NCBI GenBank assembly: GCA_951406725.2
Contig: OX597826.1
Location: 33,976,001-34,040,000, forward strand
DNA from: Octopus vulgaris
Taxonomy: Eukaryota
Direction: 5' to 3'
Length of the DNA: 64,000 bases
In this document: one piece after another, positions 52,948 to 64,000 of the stretch
Layout of the letters: each line of letters opens with the position of its first letter
Numbering within the stretch: position 1 is the first letter of the stretch
The notes under the pieces: model-generated
Seen by the model: only the letters and a program-made list of their open reading frames with translations
Databases searched by the model: none
What the model was told of the DNA's origin: nothing
Translations under genes and position numbers: made by a program

Positions 52948-53296
52948 ATGCATGTATACACACACATATACACATGTACATACATATATATATATGTGTG
53001 TGCGTGTGTATGTGTGTACCATTGAGGGTACAAACGAAGGAAAGAGGCACTTAACACATTTAGAAGTTAACATATATTATTATTTAAAACAGTTTGATTC
53101 GGGCCAATGCGATTTAAAGTTTGGTAGGCTTGTCACAGGAACTTAAGCACTTCGAGGCGATTCAGCTGCGTGGGTCCTAGAAGCTAGGTTTCTGTGACTA
53201 GCGTACGAAAATTAGTTGCAGGGAGTGGGGTGGCGAATCAAATTGCTTTACACAAGAAGCGTGTGTGTGTTCTATACTCACACGTAGAAACACACA

Positions 53297-53351
<55 letters not shown>

Positions 53352-54039
53352 GTATATATGTATGAATGTTTGTCGGTGTGTGTGTGCGCGTGTTTATAAT
53401 AAGATGACAACAATAAGTCCATAGCTTAGTCAACTGATAGCACTGCTTCATCCTAGGAGAAATAAACTTCGTCAGTCGCAACGATCTATCGCTAAACATC
53501 ATAAAGAGATTAAAAGACCAAGAAAATTGGCATAATCATATAATATCATGATAACAAACGAAATTTAAATGAAAACGTCAAAGTACTTTAAAAAGCTTAA
53601 TGATAATTTAGTAATCTAAATATTATTCATGAGATATAATTAATAAACAATATCATCAGAGGGTAGGAATTATGATAAAGAACAATAATGAATGGGTAAT
53701 CAAATGAAATGCCTGCCAGGATAATATTAAATTAATGGTCAAAGAGAAATTAAAATCCCTATGAAATTTCTTTTTCTAAGTGATTATATGAATCGATCAG
53801 GGAAGCAAGTATTGGTCGCATCGGAAGCAAATAGATTTGGCTTCTTAATTCTTGGTTTGTCATTATTCCTTGTTTGTTGTTGTACACAGACAGACGGAAA
53901 TATTTCCAAATATCACGGCATGTGTTGCCTACAGACAAGAGACCCGCCACATATACCGCAGTCTGAACTTTGTATGAAAATATGCATACACCAAAAAATA
54001 CATGCAAAAACGTGAAAAAAAAAAAATTAAAACGTATAT

Positions 54040-54240
54040 GCGAGAGTGGCTGTGTAGTAAGAAGCTTGCTTCCCATCCGTACGGTTCCGGGTTCAGTCCC
54101 ACTGCTTGGCACTTTGGACATGTGTCTTCTCCTACAGCTTGGGGCCAACCAAAGCCTTGTAAGTAGATTTGGTAGACGGAAACTTAAAGCCCGTCGAATA
54201 TATATATATACATGCGCGTGTGTGTAAATGTGTGTGTGTG

Positions 54241-54278
<38 letters not shown>

Positions 54279-54500
54279 TCAGTGTATGTGTGTATTTGTA
54301 TGACTGTGCATGTCCACACCATCATTTGACAACCGATGTTGGTGTGTTTACGTCTCCGTAAGTTAGGACAAAAGAGACCGATAGAATAAGTATTAGGCTT
54401 ACAAAGAATAAGTCCTGTGGTCGATTTGCTCGACTAAAGGTGGTGCTCCAGCAAGGCCGCAGTCAAAATTAGTGAAACAAATAAAAGAATAAAAGAATAA
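54040..54500 (+). mobile_element. SINE family B, full length with internal (TA)/(TG) microsatellite
   Basis: Head GAGTGGCTGTGTAGTAAGAAGCTTGCTTCCC...GGGTTCAGTCCCACTGC, CORE-like GCACTTTGG.CA.GTGTCTTCT, tail GGTGCTCCAGCA.GGCCGCAGTC followed by AAAAGAAT repeats. Confidence 0.9.
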
Positions 54501-54542
54501 AGGAATGCATTTGGTTGCACAAAAGAGATATGAAGAAAGGCA

Positions 54543-54616
<74 letters not shown>

Positions 54617-54628
54617 CACACATATATC

Positions 54629-54831
54629 TATGAGCGGTGGTGAAAAGTTTCTGGCTTTGGGTAAAAGAAAATACAGGCGGATCAGTTGATTTTACTCAAC
54701 ATGTTCTCCTCTCAGATTCCAGCGGTCCTTCAGCTTTTCTAAGCACTGTAAAAGAAATCGGAGGGTTTGACCTCCGAGCAAGGCCTTTCACGATACCCTT
54801 ACAGCCAGGAAATTTTCTACAGCCCCTCCTA
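54629..54831. mobile_element. Mariner-derived MITE
   Basis: Left TATGAGCGGTGGTGAAAAGTTTCTGGCT; right reverse complement TAGGAGGGGCTGTAGAAAATTTCCTGGCT. TA ends. Confidence 0.65.
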
Positions 54832-55196
54832 TGAATATGAATGTCTGTGCGTGCGCGTGTATGTGTGTGTGTCTGTGTGAGTGCGTATATACAAATATAT
54901 GCATATGCATACACACACACACATATATATATACACGTACGCATGATAAGTGTATGTGTGTATGTGTATCTGGATTTCACGATATATCTTATGTGCATCT
55001 ATATGCATGTATATCTTTATCGTATTCGTATGTTTGTGCTTGTATTTTTTGATGTATGCATATTTTCGTACAAGTTTAAGAATGTAGCATATGTGGCGTT
55101 TTTGCAGGTCTGTGGGGAATTATATAGATATACATACATACGGGGAAAGAGAGAGAGATACATAATTAAACATATGAATACATACATTCATACTGC

Positions 55197-55252
<56 letters not shown>

Positions 55253-55975
55253 ATGTGTATATATATATATATATACATGTACACATATATAATACATATA
55301 AACACACACACATATATGTATGCATACACATATATAACAGAGCTTGCGGACCTTTTCTGTGGAAACATAGTGAAAGAGAATCGAATATCAAATTTCTGTT
55401 AAAGGTATTACATTTGTGATTGAATCAAAATTGAAAGGAAATTAAATTACTAAATATCTTATCTATGTTTGTTGACCCATTTAAGCAATGCACTAGATCA
55501 TACCACACACTGTTTTGTGTGCTACTTTTATGTTTTAGAACTTCAAATCTAAGTAGATATTTTATCTGAGATGATATTATTATGGACAACTGGTGTATAA
55601 TAGAGAGAATTATTGCTAAATATATCTTATTCCTCAGACGATGAGACATGCTTACTAACGTCGGTAATTTTTAGTAATATTGGATCTCACCAATATCATT
55701 ATTATATATCTTATCTCCATTTAGAGGAAATTACGATCATTAAAACAAATAGTTCTCTTCTAAATTCTTAAATCGTACTCTTTGCTTTTCTATTCTAGTG
55801 TTCTTCCTTGGTGCATAGATTATTTAGTGAAGTTTTCCATATTCGTTCACGTACAATTTTCATATTTTTATTTATATGCTATTTTCAATAGGGGTATATT
55901 TTTCATGTTTATATATATGTGTATATATAAATGTATACATATATATGTGCATATGTTTGTATATATATATATATA

Positions 55976-56376
55976 CTCTTTACTCTTTACTCTTTTACTT
56001 GTTTCAGTCATTTGACTGCGGCCATGCTGGAGCACCACCTTTAGTCGATCAACTCAACCCCGGGACTTATTCTTTGTAAGCCCAGTACTTATTCTATCGG
56101 TCTCTTTTGCCGAACCGCTAAGTGACGGGGACATAAACACATCAACATCGGTTGTCAAGCAATGCTAGGGGAACAAACACAGACACACAAACACATACAT
56201 ATATATACATATATACGACGGGCTTCTTTCAGTTTCCGTCTACCAAATCTACTCACAAGGCTTTGGTAGGCCCGAGGCTATAGTAGAAGACACTTGCCCA
56301 AGGTGCCACGCAGTGGGACTGAACCCAGAACCATGTGGTTGGTAAGCAAGCTACTTACCACATAGCCACTCCTGCC
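55976..56376 (-). mobile_element. SINE family B, full length, least diverged copy in the window
   Basis: Minus strand GGCAGGAGTGGCTATGTGGTAAG...GGGTTCAGTCCCACTGCGTGGCACCTTGGGCAAGTGTCTTCTACTATAGCCTCGGG...GAAACAAGTAAAAGAGTAAAAGAG. ACCTTGGGCAAGT resembles the CORE-SINE motif. Confidence 0.92.
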
Positions 56377-56403
56377 TAAATGGGTATATATATTTATATA
56401 TGG

Positions 56404-56444
<41 letters not shown>

Positions 56445-57831
56445 TATATATATATATACACATATATAGATGCAATAGTTCTATCTAAAAGGACAAAATA
56501 TTGATATTTTCACAAATTAAAATGGAATAGCATGCTATCATACCATTTTGCATTTTTTAAGCCGCTTATTATTTTGAGTAAAGTATCAGAGTGTCTTCGC
56601 ACGTAAAAATACCAATATTATTTTCTAGTTTTCCAAAATGAATCAGAATATACAAATATTTCTTTCAATAAGTTTGTACTCAGAACATGTCTAAATATTC
56701 TCTATGCATTCTAATCTGGAGAATGACCTTCTAAAATATAATCTTCATGGACATTTTCTCCTACCATATTTTCGGTGCCTTTATGGTATTGACAAAAGTT
56801 TTGTCTCGTTGAAAAATGACTTTATCGTTTTTTGTGAGATAGGATATTTTTAGACTTTGATGCTATAATTTTTTTAATAGGTTAGGGTATACTGAAGCAG
56901 GAATTCTCCATTCACACCTTATAAAATGACTGAATGTGCCTCCGATATGCTTCACAGTTGCTCAAAGAGGCCAGGTTGGAATCATTTCATCAGCTCTACA
57001 AAAGCAGCATTTTGGAGCATGACTGCAACGCTCAAATCTCAGTTTATTATTCCAGAAATCATTCTGAAACCGTTTCTAATCACAGCCACCGTTGTTGTAA
57101 AAAATGTTTTTAAAAAAATTCATAGCACATTTTTTAGAGCAAAAACCAACATCTGAGTTCAATGGTGTTTCTAAAAAACATCTTTGTTACTCTTGAAAGC
57201 TGCTGCAGGTAAATTTGCCCTTCCTGCATCACTAAGAATTTAACCTTTCTGTCATATGTACTTTAAGTCTTCCAGATCCTTTCATCCTCGTAGTAGAACA
57301 AATTATATAGAAATGTTCATATTATTTTGTGGTATGCGGAAGAATGGGGATTTTTTCCTTCAGTAGCTTGTGGATTTCACGAAATATAAAACTTCCTATA
57401 AAATATTTACAATAACATGGTATTACATGCGTTGCTATCAGAAAACAGAACATAAAGAAAATATGATTTCATTCAGCTATCTAAGATATAAGTATAGCTA
57501 CTTATGTGTAGCTTTAGATTTAAGCATTAAAAGAAGCTTCTTGTGTTCTTCCATTTAGAAGGAATCTGAAGGCACAATTCCTTTCGTCGTCATTCGCAAT
57601 TCCATCAATAATATGTCCTCCTAATCTAGGTCTTTCCCCACCTTAGTTTTCAAATATTATGTTTGTATAAAATTGTTGATTAAATGTTAAACTAGCTAAT
57701 TAAGTGAAATTCCATAGAATAAAACCAGTGCATGTACTTCTCGTCGACGTAAGGACCCCCATCAACGAAAGAAAAAACCTTTCAACATATGATTTCACAT
57801 AAAAATTCTCACAACCAAATATTAAAACGCA

Positions 57832-57892
<61 letters not shown>

Positions 57893-58039
57893 GTATGCAT
57901 ATATACATTATCATGTATTGTGCATGGGTTTTATGTTTATGTATATATATATATATATATATATATACATACACTAAGTGCCCACATAAAGATCCCATGG
58001 ATACGCCATCTGCACTTCTGTTAATCCTCACTCACGTCT

Positions 58040-58550
58040 AATTCTGGGATGTCATTCCACAAGCCCCTCCACCTTATCTATCCATGATATGATTAATCCC
58101 CCTTCCCTTCTAGAACCTTCACATTCTTCCTGACATCATTTTCTTTCTGTGCTCGCCATCCTTATAACGAGCGATTCCAAAAATCCATCCTTCCATTTTA
58201 TTTCCAGATTTCCCTTTCTTCAGTATTGATCTGTTTGTTTTCTTTCTGTTTACTATATTCTCAATGACCTTGTCGAGAACCACATGTTGAAAACATCAAT
58301 TTTCCTGCTACCTTGTTTGTTAGTTATCTAACTTTCACCTCCGTTTAGCTGGATATACTATTGATTTTTAAAATCCAATTTTTCTTTGTGTCATGCATTC
58401 ATCTTTTATACTTTCTTCTAGTCCCATCATGTCTTCCTTTACAAGACCTTATTTCCTTTGAACACCTCCAACTTCGAACCTTGAATCCAAGTAATCTAAA
58501 CTTTATACACTGCTACAAACGCACGAGTTTCATTTCTGTATTTCCTTAAC
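58040..58550 (-). mobile_element. Decayed RTE (BovB-like) LINE 3' region
   Basis: Minus-strand fragments FRLLG.., GCSKEIR, LKSIVYP..GGES, RKIDVFNMWF..RSLRI and RKTNRSILK, in the order of RTE post-RT motifs. Confidence 0.7.
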
Positions 58551-58622
58551 TTTGAAATAGATATAAATTTTTGCGTACAGATTCAGTAGAGACACTGTTA
58601 GACAAACATACACGCGGAATAC

Positions 58623-58898
<276 letters not shown>

Positions 58899-59279
58899 GT
58901 CTATCAATCTATCTCTCTATTTATCTATCTATCTGTCTGTCTGTTTGTCTGTCTTTCTAGCTCTCTCTTTTGTAGCCATCCATCTTTCTGACTATCTTTC
59001 TCATAAATACAAATACATCTATATATACATACATACATGCATGCATATAAATGTTTATGTATGTATGCATATATATGTACACATATACTCACATACACGT
59101 GATTATATATTCAGTCATGTCCGATGATTGCTAATTTATCTGTCTAGTATGAAACTGTTAGGTTAGAAATTGACTGTTACGAGAATATATTAATGATTGT
59201 ATAAATTATATAATTATTCGATTATCTAATATACGAGCGCTTGTATTTATTCCGATTCATGAAATCTTTTGACAACTAC

Positions 59280-59329
<50 letters not shown>

Positions 59330-60660
59330 TTGTGTGTCTGTTTTGTTTTAGCTGGTACTTTAATTTTCACTTAACGGCTTATTAACTCAGTCATAAACGT
59401 ATCTAAAATAAATGTGACACTTCTCTGCTATATTTCTTAAAATTGTTTTCAATTGTTAACTCTAAATAAATACATGCGTGCGCACACACAGACGCACATA
59501 CACACATACACACGTCAACCTCCAAGCAGCTTCTGCCAAGAAACATCTCGCAGTCATTGCTTAACCAAAGTATGAGTGAAGCTACTTGCAGCGTTTTGGG
59601 GTCTAGCCAAGAACATATTCACAGCATAGCTATAACTTGATAGACCCGACACCCCTTGAATTATTTCTTCATGAAGTTGTCATTGTTATTATTTTTCTTT
59701 GTATTCTTGTTGCCTGTTAATCGTACGGAAATCTATGAATCACCTGCAAATAGTGAATATCTACAGCATTACAGACTTGGTGACATTTTTACATGCGAAC
59801 AGAATTCATAAGTCTTAAGTACCCTTGGATATTATTTGTTTTGTTACTGTTTAATCCCATGTCAGTCCCGATTTAATAGCCTTATGATAAAATGTACTTC
59901 AGCTAAGATCATAAGTTTATCTTCTAAGTACAGTGTACGTCAATCTATATAAGTCAATTTATTGTTCATTATTAAGATGATAAATGAGGATTCGAGTAAT
60001 ATTTGGCTATTATTTCTGTCAGAGCACGCAAGCAACCACATGGACAGAATCATCTGCTTTTTTTTACGATTGTTAGATAACGTTTCATCTTACGTTGATT
60101 TATGTGTATATGTTGGGGGTAAAAGAAATAAATTTTGACTTTCTTCAGTAAGGCAGAATTTACATCCTTTAGTACTAAGTTTGAAATTGTTTACCCTCAT
60201 ACTTATTCCTCGAAGCAACATGTCTGTGTTTATGAATAAATTTAGAATATACATGCAGGACAAATTACGTATTTTAACTCAAGACTATATTGCAGAAGTT
60301 AATTATTTTAATTCATTTTAGCACAAAACTATTGATATATCATGTATATAGCTAAGTATGCCTGCATGGTTGCATGTATATATCTTATTAAAACTATTAA
60401 CATTACTATCACGAATGACATCTTTCCTTACAGCAGTAGTTATGCAACACTTTAGCTTGTGAGATCATATATATATATATATTTATTTATTAATATATGT
60501 ATGTATGTATATATATGTATGTATACCTATATATACATATATGTATATATGTATATATATATATACATACACACACACATATATATAAAACATACATATA
60601 TATACATATACACACATATATACATATATACATACATACACACAATATATATACATATCA

Positions 60661-60756
<96 letters not shown>

Positions 60757-62021
60757 GCATATTATTAACTTTATCTCAAGATATCGTATATCGTGGTCTA
60801 ACATAATATCAACAATCATATCAATAAGATATATCACTATATAAGAGTTGATATTTCACCAGTATATATATATATATATAAATATGCACACACACGCATA
60901 CATATATGTATATATATTTATATAAATCTACATATCCATACAGGTGAAACAGTCAGCGCTTACACCAAGTAAATTGTTAGAGATGTTATAGATGGTTGTA
61001 ATGTCATAAAGGTAACTACCTCCTGTTATATTCTATATCATAAATATTCTAAATGTAATGAACAATATTACTTATGCCAGTTTGTCGAAGTAAAGATCAC
61101 CAATGCATTAAACCTCTATTCGTATGTTTGATTATGTTGGAGAAATTATATAATTTCAAAACATGACTCTGGTTCATTATTTAAATATTCAAGTGGAGAT
61201 ATGCCTAAGTAGTTTAGAAATTCACTTCATAATTACATAAATTCGAATTCTTCTGTTCTGTATAAGTAGAGTTCTTTTATCGTATGTACTAGAATGTATG
61301 TGTGGCTTAGTACAAGTTACATATATATATATATATGTGGCTGAATTGATAAATGCATTGTATTAATGTATTCGTGAATCTGTTATGAATTAATGCTTGT
61401 TAAAGTTTTAAAACTGCTTTATGTAAAGTTTCTTTAGTAGATGAAGCTTTAAAACTCATTACAGAAGTAATTCGAGTATAGAAGTGCAGAGGAGTGAAGG
61501 GAGACGTCTGGACCGAAAGCGAGGTGAAGTGTCATCATGTCGAGAAGCATGGATTTTGAATAGCCTCTCCTGTAATAGATGTGTGGAAGGGAATTCCGAG
61601 GGAGAGTAGTTTCTGGCCAGAGGTTGGGGAAGTGTACACATGTGGTACGTCCAGCAAGGGCTGCTGGATACATTGCTCCGATTTGTCTCGAGGTAAGAGT
61701 GTCCTTACTATTTTGCCTTTTTCTTCCACAAGATATTAAATCCGCATAGAACACTTAGTATCCTCTCTTTTACATAGGTATTTGTTAGTGTTTCTCAGGT
61801 GTAATGAGTTTTTGTATGAGATGTTCTTTATAGCTAGGTTCATAAATGAAAGTGTGACTTTTGGTTGGAATTTATATTAGGACAAGTTGAATGTTAAATC
61901 TGAAAACGAAATTATTTTAAAAAATCTATTAAAAATTTTTCATATCCTTCGCGGTTGTTTTCGTAAATGGTATTTATGGTGTGGTTGAATTTATCCATAA
62001 CATTATTTTCAGCGTAAGCCA

Positions 62022-62450
62022 TGCAGGCGTGGATGGGTTGTAAAAAGCTTGCTTCCTAACCATCGCGATGGTTCCGGTTCAGTTCTATGTGTGGCACCTT
62101 GGGCAAGTGTCTTTTACTATAACCTCGGAAAGATGAAAACCCCCGTGGATAGATTTGGTAGAGAGAAACTGGAAGAAGCCCGTCGTATATATATATATAT
62201 ATATACATATGCGCGCGAGCGTGTGTGTATGTATGTGAGCGCACGCATGCGTGCATGTTTGTCCACCACCACCGTTTGAAAACCGGTGCTGTTGTGCTTA
62301 CGTCCCGTAACTTAGCAGCTCGGCATAAGAGTGTGACAGAATAAGTACCAGGCTTTTAAAAGCAGTATTACTGTGATCAATTCATTCTTCAAGGTGGTGC
62401 CTCAGCATGGCCGCGGTTTTAATGACAGAAACAACTATAAGATAAAAGAT
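62022..62450 (+). mobile_element. SINE family B, full length, diverged
   Basis: GCTTGCTTCC.AACCA...GGTTCAGT...GTGGCACCTTGGGCAAGTGTCTT.TACTATA...GAAGCCCGTCG, microsatellite, AGAATAAGTACCAGGCTT...CAGCATGGCCGC. Confidence 0.85.
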
Positions 62451-63458
62451 GTTAAGTACCACAAATATCGGACACGACTACAGAACTCATCATCATTACA
62501 TCATCCAGCTTCTTTTGAATCGATTTGTGAGCAACAAAAAGAAACATCCATTATGCAGGCCAACAAAATAATTGTTAGAAATTTTCTTAGCATAGACTCA
62601 AACTTTCATTGCAAGGTTTGTATTCACTTTCCCAAATAGAAACATGGGTGAAGAGGTGTTCTACAACACTGATGGAAATGATGCAAAATTGTTCAGATTC
62701 TTGCACATTCTTTAGGAACATATCCGCTGTGAGCATACCATCTTTCTCTGGTGTCTATTATTTATGAAGCTGATGGGCTGTTAGCGATTCTATGAACAGA
62801 ACTATTCACCTGGGAGTTTATAGGTTGAAGAGAGTTATTCTGTTTTTGAAGATTAACGGTACAAAATATGTACACAGGCTTAAACTCACCTATATATATT
62901 GAAAATAAATAGCTCTTATTTGTACACTCTTAGCAGTAATTAACTTATTAAGTATAATTTATAACTCTATAGCATTGTTTGTCATTCCCCACTTTTGAAC
63001 ATTATACAATTAGCATATAGAATACCGTTGAGTTTTGCAGTGAATACGTATTTGTACTCAATAACAAACAGATTGCGCTTATCACTATAACATATTGCAA
63101 TTTCATCGGTGATTTTTAGACCCTGCAGAGCTAGTTTAATACTAATACGAAGTAGGATTCTGTTGTTTATATCACTGTTTATTGCTTACACACCTGACTA
63201 CGTCTGGCAGTTTGTCGTCAAATTTTATTACAATTTTATCACTAAAACTCTCCAGAGACCGCTGAAGTAATTTGAGTTCAACTTTCTGGTTTGGTCGTCT
63301 TTTCCTTTTCGGTGGAAGATTGTAGTAGAAATGGGGAGTGTACTAATTAGATTTTGGCTGTTTGTATGCTATGAGTGGCTGAAATATTTGTACATACACA
63401 CATAAATACATACATACATACATACATAAATACATACATACATACATACATACATACA

Positions 63459-63491
<33 letters not shown>

Positions 63492-63762
63492 GTATATGTA
63501 TATCAAAAGAGAGTAAGAGAGTGATGTTTGTACAGTGCATGTGTATTTATATTTTATAAACAAGCATATACACCTAAATACATATGTATACATACACATG
63601 TATATAAATACACGCATATATTTATATATATGTATATATATATGTGTGTGTATATATGAACACACGCATACAAACATAGTTACATATATATAAATACATA
63701 AATTCAAACATGCATGCGTATATATGCAGATAAATAGGGAAAAGTAATTGAGAGTTTGAGCA

Positions 63763-63814
<52 letters not shown>

Positions 63815-64000
63815 GAGAGACAGACAGAGGAATTAGACGCTGATCGGATAATCGTAATGATCCCTAAGAACATTATTCAGCGTTAGAAACTGAATTTATA
63901 CAGTTTAATGCCTGTTTTGTTTTCATTAAAACTTGGCCAGATGTTTCAACTCTAGTTTCTACGGAGAAGGCTGATTACACTAGCAGACGTAATCGATATA

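Noticed and set aside
61450-61960. Possible Penelope RT remnant on the minus strand (DLTFNL..YKFQP)
   Set aside because: Only a single short motif; the surrounding frames give no further support.

Overview
This is AT-rich, microsatellite-saturated eukaryotic non-coding DNA, with no intact protein-coding gene that I can support. Nearly all ORFs in the track are translations of (TA)n, (CA)n, (TATG)n, (TATC)n or trinucleotide runs. The repeat vocabulary (two abundant tRNA-headed SINE families plus extreme microsatellite density) strongly resembles coleoid cephalopod (Octopus) DNA; this is pattern recognition, not a database result. The window holds about 25 SINE copies, decayed Tc1/mariner, RTE, L1/Tx1, Gypsy and Penelope-like (PLE) fragments, MITEs, a Helentron-type element and a 30-bp minisatellite. 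The most notable signal is seven type-I hammerhead ribozyme motifs (stem I-CUGANGA-stem II-GAAA-palindromic stem III-UH) from about five sequence families. Most sit in short non-coding cassettes lodged in microsatellites, and one is linked to a GIY-YIG endonuclease C-terminus. One cassette (31706-32480) carries the ribozyme on both strands, and its interleaved inverted repeats close into a ~469-nt circularly permuted monomer, suggesting a retrozyme-like circular or tandem RNA template. All coordinates and alignments were read by eye, so boundaries of decayed elements are approximate.
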